A stretch of DNA of 64,000 bases, from NCBI GenBank assembly GCA_030265395.1, contig JARFYF010000052.1:99063906-99127905 (forward strand), given 5' to 3'. A model generated the notes under the pieces. The model did not search any database. It had not been told where the DNA came from and saw nothing but the letters and a program-made list of their open reading frames with translations. Position 1 is the stretch's first letter. Each line of letters opens with the position of its first letter. Source of the DNA: Rhina ancylostomus (taxonomy: Eukaryota). Position numbers and translations under genes: made by a program. Positions 40,901 to 52,120 of this stretch are shown piece by piece.

Positions 40901-43900
40901 TTGCATTACAAAATACACTGTTACGCAGATAACACAGACATTACTTGCACCAAAAATTTCCAGAAGGATTGCTTGTGGAATGTTGCTTACCCAATCTGCT
41001 GCTGAAATCTCAGCATTTCTATCAATCTGCTATTGAAATTTCAGAAGACTGGTCACCCTTCTGGAAGTTCACCTTTCTCTAATAACCATCATACAGTATA
41101 TATTAAAATGTTCGGTTATTAACTAAAACCATGTTACGCAGCCTTCCAATAAAAAGTACAAAATGCAACACTAGTGCAGAACACTCCCCAGATCAGACCA
41201 GCAAATAAAACTCAAAAGTAGGATACTTAAAATTAAGCCAACAGTATATGCAGTGAATTATATTTAGGATATTTCAATGGGGGCTGGTTGTATCTACCAC
41301 AAAGAGCAGATAGTTCTTTATGGAGACACAAGCGAATGCAGATATTGGAATCTGGAGCAACAAACAATCTGCTGGGGGAACTCAGCAGATGAAGCAGCAT
41401 CTGTGGGGAGTGGAGAGGAAGATAGCCAATATAAAGATGAGAGGGGAGTGGTAAGACAGGAGGATGAGGGGAATTGGTGGAGTGAGGAGGGGTGAAAGAC
41501 GACGGGCAGGTTGTGCCAGGTAGGGAAGTGGGGGTGGATTTGGGAGAGAGTGACAAGTGGATGATAGATGGAGGCAGACAAAGAAGGAAAAAATGAGGAA
41601 GATGGAGTGAGTTGGGGCGAGCAGACGGTAAAGGCTGGACACAAATGCTGGAGAATGAAAAGCAGGAACACGAAGGGCTACCAGTGCTGGAATCTGATAA
41701 GTAAAGGAGGTGATAATGAGAACTATTAGAGAAGAGGAACAGGAACTACCAGATGGGGAGGGGTAGGTGGAACCAGCAGGTGAACTGTGTGTGTAATGGG
41801 TGGATGGAACGAGGAGGGGGAAGAAGATGGGTAATGGAGGGGCAGGGCTGGTAAAGGGGGCAAAAATCGTAGGACTAGAGGTGAATCGGGGTGGGGCGAA
41901 GAACCCAGCGAGGAGATGGTTGCCTAAAATCGGTCAATGTTCATGCCATTAGGTTGTAGNNNNNNNNNNAGGTTGTAGACTAACCAAGCAGAAAATCAGG
42001 TGGTGTTCCTCCAGCTTGTGCTGGGCCTCACCCTAGCAATGGAGAAGGCCAAGGTTGGACTGGTCAATGTGGTAATGGGAAGGGGAATTGAAATGGCATG
42101 CAATTAGGAGCTCAGGATGGCCACTGCAGGCAGAACATAGTTGCGCCAATGTAAAGCAGGCCACATCGGGGGCACTAAATTTAGGTGCATGTGGCTCTTT
42201 GCCTCATCTGGAAAGGCTATTTAGATCCCTGGGTGGCAGTAAGGGGACAAGAACAAGGGTGCAAGAACAAATGTTACCGGAGGTAGCTCTTTATGTTTTT
42301 GCCTCAGCTGAAACAAAAAGGCACAATACACAATTATCTAGAATACTAACAAGACAAAATGACTACCAGTGGAGGCATAAGAGATGCTAGAATCTGGAGC
42401 AACAAATGATCTGCTGGAGGAACTCAGTAGATATTTTTCTTACTGAAGAAGCACTGCTGCCAAGAATTTTTCTTTTCAATAAAGGAGTCTTTTTCGCCTT
42501 TAACTTCTTTTTCTTCAGCACTGGTACTGCTGTCCGGCTGAGAACTCACCATGATGATTCATCTCCTTTAACTTGTTGAATTCTGTATATATTGTTCTTC
42601 TTGAATGTACAACTTTCTGCAATCTGCCCATCTACTGGTATAAATGTTGCTGTGTTGTTTAAAAAATCTGCAATGGACAGAAATATACAGATTCTTAAAA
42701 AAAAAGTGGTTCAGGAGCAATAACGTACAACCAATATTAAAAAAAACTTTCAAATTAATTAGGTGGTGCATTTGGTTGGAACACTGTTCTTTTATTTCTA
42801 AGAACTATTTTCTACCAACTATTAAGAATCCTCTATAAAATAATTGAGTCATTTCTGCCCAAGGGACCTAGAGCCATCGAAAAAGAACAACAATTTAAAA
42901 AATTCACTCACACTAACTGAAGTTAATGATAAAACAAATTTTTCTGAGTTGGGGATTAAAATACATTGAGTAATGCGTGGAGCAAAAAGTTGCAGCAATT
43001 CCCCACCACTTATTTTGGAAAATTCACATGAACAATCTGTTCCTGGCCAGGCCTGTGCAAATATATATTTTCCATTGATCTCAATGTGAAGGTATGGTGA
43101 CAAAGAACTAAAACAGGGAATGTGCACAGCTTCTAGTTTCCAACATACAAAAAAAAATTCCAGCTTGTACATCTGACCTCATTCTGATAAGTATTCAGAT
43201 CAAGTTATTGAAAGGCCCCAATGATTGCTAGGTACTTTGCACAGAAATCCACCTAATTTTGCTTATATAGCTGTAAATATGATAACCACCTTTCATTGCA
43301 GGGTCCAGGGAAATGTATAGCTGATTAATGAAAAAGGCAGATGAAATTTAACACAGAAGAGCAAGTTGATAAGATTTTGGAATCAATAATGGGAAAAGGG
43401 AATACAAACTAAATAGTACAATTTTAAAGCTAATGCAGAATCAGATACTATTGGCACTAACAGACAAAAATCTTCAGAAAGAGCAGGTTAAATTGAAGAA
43501 GTTACACAGTATCATTGGGATTGTTAACAAAAGCATAGACTATGTAAAAAAAGAAACTCTGTCAAATCTTACTTAAACACTTGTAAGACCTAAAAAGATA
43601 GCCATATTCAATTCTGGAGACTACATTTCAGAAACCATGTCAAACCTTACCAAGGCTAAGGAATAGCATCAGGAATCAATAATGTCATTTGGGGAAAAGA
43701 TGAGAGAATCTAAGCTCTCATTAAAGCAGAGGCTAACCGTGGATGGTGGTGTTCAAAATTGTGAACAGTTTTAACAAAATAGGCATGGAGAAGCTATTTT
43801 CTATGGCTGAAGAAACAGTAACTAGACTTTTTAGATGACTGGGAAAAGAACCAGAGACATTTGGGGAATTATTATACAGAGAAATAAACACCGATTATGT

Positions 43901-46900
43901 CAGCAACTCCCTGCAAAACTGTTATCAATTTAAAGATTTTTTGCAGGTATGAAGTCGAGAAATTGCAGTTGTTTCTTTCAATGCACTCTAACATTTGTCA
44001 AATATAGAAGCGAGTTACAGCAAGTCCTCACTTATGGTGAAAAATCTGAACCTGTTGGGACAGGGACAGCTTCTAATTCAATGAAGGGGAATGGCTGCCC
44101 TTGTTTTGTTTTTAAATATTATTTAAATTTAAATGTTTCTAAACATTCAACTTCTTTTTCAATTAAAAGATTCAAAGTTAATAGTTTGAACACTTTTTTG
44201 CTGTTGATTGTTGGAAACATTCGGCTCTTGATTGGTTTAACAACTGGCTAAGCTGGGGACATGGAATGGCCAGCTGTCAAAATTATTTTCAGCCCTTTTT
44301 CAGGCAGGACTGTAGCATTATGTTGTAGAAGTCTCTGTTGACAGCAGAGGACTCACTAAAAGGTTCATTCTACTGTGGCTCATAAATTCGGTATGGAGGA
44401 ACCACTCATGTCCAAACTTAATTTGGAAATGATAGCTCAGCAACAACTGCGTACTCCTGATCATAATGAAATGGAACACACTGTGACAGGATTGTGGAGG
44501 ATTAATAACAATTTATAAAATGGAATAGGATAAATAATCGAAGGGGGAAATAACAGGGAATAACAGAAATAAAACTAATTCAACAACTTGATGGCACGAA
44601 AGAATTAATGCTTCCTTCTGTGTTTTATTATTCTATATTTCTGATGCAAAGTTGTGAGATTTTCATGTTACTTGCCTGGATACAATACTTCCAGATCTTA
44701 TTGATTTTCACCTGTGAAATTAGGCTGCTTGCAAGAGAGTCTCAACATTTTTGGTAAATGTGCTTACTCAGAACATGCCAAAGTGATACTTTCAGCTGCA
44801 TCATTTTGTGCCCTTTACTTGCAATGTTCAGAGCTTCTTTTAAAAATACACTGTGCTACATATTGTCTGTTTGAATTCAATTTTATACGTCATAGGTTGG
44901 ACGTAAGGATATTAAGAGAGGTGAAATGAAATGAAGCTAATTTTCATGGGCAAGATTGTTACAGAGATACAGCGCAGAAATAGGTTCTTCAACCCAGAGT
45001 CCCCATTGGCTATCAACCAAAAATTTACATTAATTCCATATTAGTCCCATTTTTGCTCACCATATTCTTATCAACTCCCCCCAGATTCTACCACTCAGCT
45101 ACACAGTAAGGGCAATTTACAGTGGCCAATTAACTTACCAACCTGCATGTCTTTGGTATATAAGAAACTGCACACCTGGAGGAAACCCACATGGTCACAG
45201 GGAGAACATGCAAACTCCACACAAACATTACCAGAAGGTCAAGATTGATTGAACAAACCTAGGTCTCTTGATGCTGTGAGGCAACAGGTCTACTTGCTGT
45301 GCACAATGCCACCCTATTTACATACAATGTATTTAAATTTTCAGCAGATCTTTGACAGAGGCCTGCTGAACACGATATTGAACAAAATTAGAGCACACAG
45401 TACTTTTTTGGGGGAGGTGGAGGTGCCAGGATAATGGAGTAATATATTGGCATCGATTGAGGAGTAGATTACAGACAGAAAACAGTAGGAATAAGTGGGT
45501 CAATTTCGGTTGGGAGGCTATTATGAAAGGTGTGCTGCAGGGATTGATTGTTGCTGGAACCCTAGTTGTTCACAATTTACAATGAATGATTTGGATAAGG
45601 GAATCAAGTGTAAAATAGTGTTTTATAGATGATACCATATTAGATAGTGCGAGCTGTGTGGATGTTGCAAAAAGGCCCTGGGGATCTTAGGCAGGCTAAA
45701 TAAATGGGCAAAGGCATGGCAAATATGATATAATGTGGGAAAAATGTGAAAATATCTATTTTGGTAGAAAACACATTTTTTAAAAAAAAGATTATAAGAC
45801 AATAGAAATGGGAGTTCAGAAAAACCTAGGTATCCTTGTACATGAATTACTGACAATTAACTTGCATTTAAGAACTTTAATACATTGGCCTTTACGCACA
45901 TTGCTTCAATTGTAATAAAAGCACTAGCAAGACCACATATGCAATATTGTATACAGATCTAGCTTCCTTAAGGAGGATAATTTTGTGATTAAAGGAGTGC
46001 AGTGTTGGTTCGCCAGATCGATTCTTGGGATGATAGCTCTATCATGAAGTAGACTTGGTCCATGTGCTCTGAGGTTTAGGACATCATTTCATGGAAATGT
46101 ACAGAAGTATGGTTGAATGAGGAATGTGGAACCAGCGATTGGTATCTCAAAATACAGGGTTGGCCATTCAGGTCAAAGTTGAGAATAAATTTCCTCCCCC
46201 AGGTCTAGAACTAGAGGGCATTCGTTTAAGGGGAGAAAGGGGATCTGAAGGGTGGGTTTTTCCGCACAGAAAGGGTGAATATCTGGAACGAGCTGCCAGA
46301 GATGGTAATGAAGGCAGATACAATTACAATGTTTAAAAGGCATTTGGACAGTTACTTCAGAGGACAGGGATATGTCCTCTAATGCAGGCAAATAGAATTA
46401 GCGTGAATAGGCATCACATTCAGTATGGACAATATGTTTCTATAGTAATAAAAATGGAGTTCTCTTTCCAAAGGATTATGGAAGCTTAGTTACTGAATAC
46501 ATTCAAGACAAAAGACTCAAGGGATATGGGGACTGTGTAGGAAAATGGTGCCAAGGTAAAAGATCGACTGCACTTATTGAACGGCACAGCAGGCATGAGG
46601 TGATTGGCCTACTACTTCTCTTGCTCTCAGGTTGTTTTAGTGAAGATAAATTTGGATAGGCTGAATAAGTGCCTGCATCACAAGTTCAATATATCGAATA
46701 CAGGAACAAGACATGTTGCATCATCTTCACATAATACAAGCATTATTCCAACAGCTGCATAACTTAAAAGAGTAGACATATGTATTCAGAAGCAGAAAGA
46801 GTGTGGGAAAGGGATTCTAGATAGGTAGTCATTCCAAGAAATAAAAAATTGGTGAAGCAGATGGTCAGGATGGGCAAGACAGGAGATCTCAAGAATGAAG

Positions 46901-47689
46901 AGGTTTCTAGCTCATTCTGTGCTTGGGTGGGTACAGAAACTGCTCAAGCTTGTGAAAGATACTGTTTATTATCAAGATACATTGGACGCAGAAGTCCAGA
47001 ATGGATCCAGCAACGGGCCCACTTACTCATTTAACCAAGAGGCTACTTGCAGTCTGACTGCTGATCCTGGTTACGTGTTTATGGTTCAGAAAGTGATAGC
47101 AGGTGGTCACCAATCTTAGTCCCAGATTTTTGTGTTGGTCTCCTTGACTCAGATGAGGCGCGATACCACCTATCTGATGGACATTTAACACTCGAGACCA
47201 ATCTGAGCAGACCCCCCAGTGAGGGTAGACGCCAGGATTAGCACAATTCCACTCTGTCTTGCGCCCACGATGGAGACTGCGAATCAACTGAGCGGCTCAG
47301 AGAGAAGTCCGAAGAGACTGCGCCAGTTCGCTCTCCACAGCCCAGCCCCAGTGCACTCTACCTTGGAGAACTATCTCACTGCCAGTTGCCACCCCGGCTT
47401 TGGGAATCACGGTCCGCAGCACAACCTTGATTCGCTCGGCCCGCCGGGGGATGAGCTCGTCCAGCTCCGGGGCCGTCCCAGCCCTCAACCCCGGCAGCAG
47501 CTCGGCCACCACCAGCCCCAGCCCCAGCCCCGCTGCCGCGCCGCAAAAAACCTCCCGCTCGGCCTCCAACCGACAGCCGCTCAGTCGGCGGTTCGCCACC
47601 TGCGGCTTCAGCGTCCACACGTCGACCGCAGCCCAGAAGCCGAGCGGGGCCGAGGCAACGGCCGGGTCCAGCGGTAACTGACGCTCCAT
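19730..47689 (-). CDS. TRMT44: TRMT44 whole-gene span, 11 coding exons: join(47362-47689, 42550-42667, 39956-40175, 38536-38604, 35532-35639, 33857-33928, 32096-32202, 31409-31592, 29175-29589, 22170-22286, 19730-19944); 1953 nt, 650 aa
   Basis: The hand-spliced exons give one open frame with matching phases and GT-AG introns. Peptides match recalled vertebrate TRMT44: [72 protein letters not shown] and a C-terminal C3H zinc finger. Head-to-head with ACOX3 as in human. Confidence 0.96.
20740..21950 (-). mobile_element. CR1 LINE RT and 3' end
   Basis: [40 protein letters not shown]; frameshifted. Confidence 0.92.
22170..22286 (-). CDS. TRMT44: TRMT44 exon 10 ([39 protein letters not shown])
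   Basis: Acceptor ccgcag|, donor G|gtatgg; 117 nt, phase 1->1; contains ECGGL.TLLRN motif. Confidence 0.93.
22350..22600 (-). mobile_element. Deu-domain SINE (SacSINE1/AmnSINE1-like) relic
   Basis: ctcttcttcaaa...atggga and tctcatccaaaagacagtacatccaacagtgcagcac; related plus-strand copy at 50135-50390. Confidence 0.5.
22948..23013 (+). pseudogene. ARNT2: ARNT2-like exon (66 nt; (R)[22 protein letters not shown]), orphan fragment inside TRMT44 intron 9
   Basis: aatgcag| ... |gtatct, phase 2-2; matches ARNT2 CG.APLDH..LNR...MRKR.R. Confidence 0.8.
23151..23236 (+). pseudogene. ARNT2: ARNT2-like exon (86 nt; [29 protein letters not shown]), end of PAS-A domain
   Basis: tttacag| ... |gtaatt; near-identical to ARNT2 [29 protein letters not shown]; in frame with the previous exon across a 137-nt intron. 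Confidence 0.88.
23288..23620 (-). mobile_element. V-SINE-type SINE
   Basis: gtctttggtatgtgggaggaaacc...actccacacagacagcacc; similar copies at 27170-27440 and 44960-45310. Confidence 0.75.
23701..23898. mobile_element. Palindromic (head-to-head) Penelope-type terminal repeat
   Basis: cagcaggtcaggcagcatc...aaatggacagtcgatgttt / aaacgtcaactgtccattt...gatgcagcctgacctgctg form an inverted pair. Confidence 0.7.
25322..26070 (-). mobile_element. Gypsy-like LTR retrotransposon relic: pol C-terminus, PPT and 3' LTR (25322-25598)
   Basis: Minus-strand peptides [17 protein letters not shown] and [19 protein letters not shown]; PPT AAAAGGAGAA directly before TGT at 25598; LTR ends ..ATCACA at 25322 with an internal AATAAA. 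Confidence 0.6.
26090..26655 (+). mobile_element. Chondrichthyan SINE with LINE-derived 3' tail
   Basis: ccagtaatccaga...gttcattaatatcctttaggaaaggaaat...gggcaattaggaatggacaataaatgctgaccttgccag; related pieces at 24820, 59210-59530 and 61750-62300. Confidence 0.55.
29175..29589 (-). CDS. TRMT44: TRMT44 exon 9 ([11 protein letters not shown]...[21 protein letters not shown]...WNKG)
   Basis: Acceptor ttgtag|, donor G|gtagga; 415 nt, phase 0->1. Confidence 0.94.
30617..31000 (-). mobile_element. CR1 LINE 3' fragment
   Basis: RVVNL...[13 protein letters not shown]; typical CR1 3' UTR. Confidence 0.75.
31409..31592 (-). CDS. TRMT44: TRMT44 exon 8 ([17 protein letters not shown]...[10 protein letters not shown])
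   Basis: Acceptor cctcag|, donor CGG|gtaagt; 184 nt, phase 2->0. Confidence 0.95.
32096..32202 (-). CDS. TRMT44: TRMT44 exon 7 ([36 protein letters not shown])
   Basis: Acceptor taatag|, donor AG|gtaatc; 107 nt, phase 0->2. Confidence 0.95.
32380..33170 (-). mobile_element. Decayed CR1-like LINE RT fragment
   Basis: ctgccctgaggaaaccctgcag ([10 protein letters not shown]), catcaatgaac; same family as 59560-60470. Confidence 0.55.
33857..33928 (-). CDS. TRMT44: TRMT44 exon 6 ([24 protein letters not shown])
   Basis: Acceptor ttttag|, donor GAG|gtaaaa; 72 nt. Confidence 0.95.
35532..35639 (-). CDS. TRMT44: TRMT44 exon 5 ([36 protein letters not shown]), SAM-binding motif I
   Basis: Acceptor tttcag|, donor |gtaaat; 108 nt. 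Confidence 0.95.
37550..38260 (+). mobile_element. Highly decayed CR1 LINE
   Basis: Remnants gacaaatcaacttagctttttttgataaagtg, tggcagatagaatataatg. Confidence 0.4.
38536..38604 (-). CDS. TRMT44: TRMT44 exon 4 ([23 protein letters not shown])
   Basis: Acceptor aattag|, donor |gtaggg; 69 nt; conserved Trm44 motif. Confidence 0.94.
38904..39258 (+). mobile_element. CR1 LINE 3' fragment spanning a gap
   Basis: [37 protein letters not shown]. Confidence 0.88.
39956..40175 (-). CDS. TRMT44: TRMT44 exon 3 ([25 protein letters not shown]...[10 protein letters not shown])
   Basis: Acceptor ttaaag|, donor AAG|gtacaa; 220 nt, phase 2->0. Confidence 0.93.
40260..40860 (-). mobile_element. Penelope-like element, decayed GIY-YIG endonuclease region
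   Basis: ILCIGET (YIGET-like), then [22 protein letters not shown] in another frame. Confidence 0.7.
41322..42240 (-). mobile_element. Penelope-like element 3' end (GIY-YIG C-terminus, tail, terminal repeat)
   Basis: ACHFNSPSH...[30 protein letters not shown] on the minus strand, followed by the C-rich tail and terminal repeat. Confidence 0.8.
42550..42667 (-). CDS. TRMT44: TRMT44 exon 2 ([15 protein letters not shown]...NNIYRIQQ...SSW)
   Basis: Acceptor ttgcag|, donor |gtgagt; 118 nt, phase 1->2; similar to human DVLNGTITFLP...SNVYQIQL. Confidence 0.88.
43300..43900 (+). mobile_element. Highly decayed CR1 LINE
   Basis: ggcagatgaaatttaacacagaa, cttgtaagacct...caattctgg remnants. Confidence 0.45.
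45315..46640 (+). mobile_element. Decayed CR1 LINE RT and 3' end, with a nested CR1 3' piece
   Basis: ggtgtgctgcaggga, aatgatttggataag, gatgatacc, aaggcatttggacag. Confidence 0.7.
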
Positions 47690-47808
47690 CGCCACCGCGG
47701 GAACTCCACACTTCCGCTCGCCTAAACACGTGACATGGGGGGGGGGGGCGAAGGACAGTTGGGGAGAGACGGGTAGATTACGTGGTGTTGTGGGGACGCA
47801 CCGATTGG
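47200..47808. promoter_or_regulatory. CpG island and probable shared TRMT44/ACOX3 promoter
   Basis: The only strongly GC/CpG-rich stretch in the window. Contains ETS/GABP motif ACTTCCG (47710-47716), E-box CACGTGAC (47727-47734), a G-run and an inverted CCAAT (47804-47808). Truncated by the gap at 47809-47908. Confidence 0.75.
47362..47689 (-). CDS. TRMT44: TRMT44 coding exon 1 ([38 protein letters not shown]...EIVLQ)
   Basis: ATG in good Kozak context (GCGATGG), inside the CpG island; donor CAAG|gtagag, phase 1. Confidence 0.92.
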
Positions 47809-48634
47809 NNNNNNNNNNNNNNNNNNNNNNNNNNNNNNNNNNNNNNNNNNNNNNNNNNNNNNNNNNNNNNNNNNNNNNNNNNNNNNNNNNNNNNNNNNNN
47901 NNNNNNNNCCAACCCCTACACCCTTCATCATACACACTGTGGTGGTTTAAGAAACAGTTCACCTGCCCCTGCTCATGGGGAATCAGGGATCAAAAGAAAT
48001 GTTGTCTTTGCTAGCTACTCCCCTAACCTGACAGGATCGAACTGTTTATAGTTAAAGAGGCTGCTATTCACTGTCCAGGCTCTTGAAGGAAGAATAATAA
48101 TGTGGGTGATCTGTCCATGGCCTGGGGAACTGTTATCTAGCAAGAGTTACTGCCTTTGGGCAAGGGTGAAGTGGGAGGGGGATAGTCATCAAGACACAGC
48201 AGATCATTCATCCTGGACAGCCTTGCCGTGTAGGACTCACCAAACACCCACACAAACAAAATCAGCCTACCCGAATGTTCTCAGGGAAACAGCTGGACAC
48301 AGCCCAGCACAAAAGAAAACAGAGAATGACAGAACCGTTGTGCAGTGCCTGATAATAGTAATAATAATGACAAAGTCATTCTGTTATGACATTATTGCTG
48401 CTTCTGGCCCTTAGGGTCTCATCACTGCTTTGTGTTTTGCTTTGGCCCAGGATGGGCATCGTAAGGGCACACACTGATAATCTTAATGCCCTTAAAAAAA
48501 TATAATATTATGCCACAATTCCTTCATGACTAATTGAGCAGTCAACCAAACCGTCACTGGCACATTAACTGAGCTGATGGCTGTCTCCTTCTCTGATGGC
48601 ACAACAGCCTTCAGATGTGTTCAGTTACAGAGCA

Positions 48635-49187
48635 GGGTATTGTATTCAGGTCTGGTCGCCCCATTATGGAAAGGGTGCAGGGGCTATGGAGAAGGTGCGG
48701 AAGAGGTTTACCGGGACGCTGCCCGGATTAGGGGGCATGTACTATAAGGAGAGGTTGGACAAACTTGGGTTGCTTTCTCTGGAGCGGCAGACACTGAGGG
48801 GAGACCTGATAGAAGTTTATAAGATTATGGGAGGCATAGGTAGAGTAGACAGCTGGTATCTTTTTCCCAGGACTGAAATGTCTAATACTAGAGGGCATGC
48901 ATCTAAGGTGAGAGGGGGTAAGTTGAAAGGAGATGTGGGGCAAGTTTTTTATGTGGGAAGTAGTGAGTGCCTGGAATTCACTGCCAGGGGTGCTGGTGGA
49001 GGCAGATACGATAGAGGGGTTCAAGTTGCTCTAAGATAGGCACATGAATATGCAGAGAATGGAGGGATATGGACATGGTGTTGGCAGAAGAGATTAGTTT
49101 AGTTAGGCATTTAATTACCTGTTTAATTAGTCTGGCACAACATTGTGAGTCGAAAGGACTTTTCCTGTACTGTACTGTTCTGTGTTC
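48635..49187 (+). mobile_element. CR1 LINE 3' fragment
   Basis: [36 protein letters not shown]; tail ctgtactgttctgtgttc. Confidence 0.88.
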
Positions 49188-49944
49188 CCTGCTCACCTCC
49201 TGTCCTGTGGTAGAAATGGAAATTAAAGCAAACTTTTGTGCTGAAGATGTCATTGGCCTTGAGTCCAGCAGCAGAATGACTGTGCTCTCCCACCAATTCC
49301 AAGTCATTGGGATGACTTCACTCTGAATCACTGCTAATCACNNNNNNNNNNATTCCATAAGCGATGACTCATGTTATGGTTTATAATTTTAATTTTAGCT
49401 CTTTGATTTCTTGGGTTCTTTCTCTTGGGCCAACTTTCAAGTAGCCAACACATCCTGTCTGAATGTGATCACTTTTCAACACTCCTAGGGCTGAGTTTAG
49501 CAATCCTACCTTCTCCCAAAGTCGTCCTGATCAAGATCACCAATAAATTGCGGTTAGGGTAGACTTAACTATAAGCAAGTACTAGAGTTGCCAGCTGTAG
49601 TTGGTTCCACCCTGTCAGCTTGCTACCTTCACATAATACTTAGAGTTGGGGGTCGGGGGTGGCCTGGTTGATACCCAAGATTTCTGAGGGGTGATGCCTG
49701 AGCTATTTTTCCCCACAGTGAGTGGAGGAAGGAAGTGATGATTGCAGGATGTGGGATATCAGGACAATGTCATGCTTCTCCAGATTCCATGACAACCTTT
49801 AAGCCACAGATCAGTCATCCCAAACCTACCATTCTTGGTGTAGGTATCAGTGGTGTCTTGAGGGACCTCTGGTCAAGCTACATAATGCTTATGGACTAGG
49901 TCCCCTCCGTGTCCTAGGGCCATGAACGATAATAAAGGGGTAGG

Positions 49945-50133
49945 TGAGAAGTGGTAGAGGTGAGTACAATAATGACATTTAAAAGACGTTTGGACAGGTA
50001 CATGGATAGGAAAGGTTTAGAGGGATACGGGCCAAAAGTGGGCAAATGGGACGAGCTCAGGAAGGCACCTTGGTTGGCATGGACAAGTTGGGCCAAAGGG
50101 CCTGTTTCTGCGCTGTATAGCTCTATGATTCTA
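49945..50133 (+). mobile_element. CR1 3'-end fragment
   Basis: TFKRRLDRYMDRKGLEGYG; a similar insert lies at 54943-55095. Confidence 0.8.
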
Positions 50134-50134
50134 G

Positions 50135-50390
50135 GACTGTCAAGTAAAAGATTCCAAGGCACTACTTGAAAATAGGGAATTATCACCAGTGTCCTGGTCA
50201 GCGTCGATCCCTCATTCAATGTTCCTGTAGAGTCATCTGACCATTATCGGATTTCTGCCCTGGTTCCTACATTACAGCCGTGAACTCGCCTCGTGAATTT
50301 GCCTCATGAAGCCTGTCAATGAGTGCAAATGCTTGAGAGTGTTCTGAAAGGGATGTGAAAGGTGTCTCATAAATGCGAGTCTTTCGTTTT
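50135..50390 (+). mobile_element. Deu-domain SINE relic with L2-like tail
   Basis: aaagattccaaggcactact...gtgtcctggtca...ttcctacattacag...gtgaaaggtgtctcataaatgcgagtctttc. Confidence 0.55.
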
Positions 50391-50764
50391 TGCTGGTGGG
50401 AAAGTGTGAGTGCTCTACACCCTGGCTGCACAGTCAGAGAGATGCTGAGCTGGAGATCAGGTTTAGAGTTCTAATCCTGTTATATCCTGACACAAGAAAA
50501 AAGGTATTTAAAAAATATCAATACTACTGTGTAAGTTTATTTATCAGATCGCAAAGGCCAAAACAAATAAGATAAGATATCTTTATTAGTCACATGCACA
50601 TTGAAACACACAATGAAATACATCTTTAGCATGGAGTGGTCTGGGGCAGTCCGCAAGTGTCACCATGCTTCCGGCACCAACATAACATGCCCACAAATCC
50701 TAACCAGTAAGTCATGTAATTAGATTGTTACTGTGCTGTGAATTAACGCACACCCCCCCTCAAC

Positions 50765-51012
50765 ACAGCACCTCCTCCCTACACCAGGTCTTCTCTTCTT
50801 TACAGTCTGCCCCACCTTACACACGGTCGTCCTCCCTACATGGGCTCCTCACCCAACACAAGCTCCTCCTTACACAGGCTCCTCCTTCCTGTACATTTCT
50901 CCTCCCTGTGCCACCCCTCTGCTCCTCCTCCTTACACTGCCCCTCCTCCCCACACAAGGTCCGCCTGCCTACACAGCCTCCTCCCTACACAAGCTCCTCC
51001 CCACTACACAGG
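50765..51012. repeat. Degenerate C-rich minisatellite (~18-20 bp unit, CTCCTCCCTACACAGG-like)
   Basis: About a dozen imperfect units visible by eye. Confidence 0.6.
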
Positions 51013-51873
51013 CTGCTGCAGTGTTACACTGTCCTCTCTGTACAAACAAAGCCCTTTTCAGATCTTGCGATGGATCTGAGGACATACACTCAGCTTTAAA
51101 CATAATACAGGGTAGCAATTGCTGGTAATCTTCAATAAAACCAGAAAAGGCTTGAAACGCACACAGCTGTAAACAGAAAAGACAGATTTAATGTTTTGGT
51201 TATAGCTCTGGGAAGCTGGAAGATAAGTGAACTCTTTTATAGGACTGAACAACGTGAGAGGGTGAAGGAGTGCATTAGATACAAGTGTTTCATAGTCTTT
51301 TTGTTTTTTAGTGCCTTTTCATTGCCTCACTGAGATGGCTGTTATATATCATCCATCAAGTTTCAGTTTTACAACATACTGCACCTGTCGGCTGGTCACT
51401 GAGATTCCTTGTCAGCATTTTATTTACAGACAGAAAAAGCAGCACATAATACAAATTTAAAAAGGACACAGAAAACCCTGGAAATACATAGCAGTCGGTT
51501 AGGGAGAAAGCCAGTTAGCCTTTAGGGCATGGAGCTTTCAGATTGAATGAAAAGGTGGTGTGAATTACGTAGGGATTACTGGGGGAGGACAGTTCCAGCT
51601 CCATCGGGTGCATCTTGCGCTGTGCAGGTATGAAATGGGCATAGGTTGGTCTGTAGCAGACCAGAGTACCAAAGGTGCAACAGCACCATTTCAATCCTAA
51701 TCATCCTGTCATGGCTACCAAATGATTATCACTTTTTAAAATCATTTTCTGTTGTTGGTGGTCCAATTTTACATGTTTTTCCCACCCCCCCACTTACTCT
51801 TTGGCCCACAACAGCTTCCATTGCCTTCTGTATCATCAGCTGCTGGTAAACCAACACCCCCAACAATGACCTC

Positions 51874-51876
<3 letters not shown>

Positions 51877-51912
<36 letters not shown>

Positions 51913-52120
51913 CCTCTCTCTCTGTCTGTCTCTCTCTCTCTCTCTAACTGGCGCCACTGTTGTACACTAACACCATTTACTGTCTTTACTAAACTTTAAG
52001 AGAACAATTTTGTTTGTCCCACGCACTCTCTCTTTCGCTCTCTCTCTCTCCCACTCTCTCTTCCACTCCCTCTCCTTTCTCTATCTCTCTCTCGCTCTCT
52101 CTCCCCTTCCTTTTCTCTCA
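51877..52120. repeat. Two (CT)n-rich tracts (51877-51945 and ~52026-52120)
   Basis: Read directly from sequence. Confidence 0.85.

Noticed and set aside
47219-47729. Overlapping ORFs of 93-152 aa on both strands at the CpG island
   Set aside because: Shadow ORFs of GC-rich TRMT44 exon 1.
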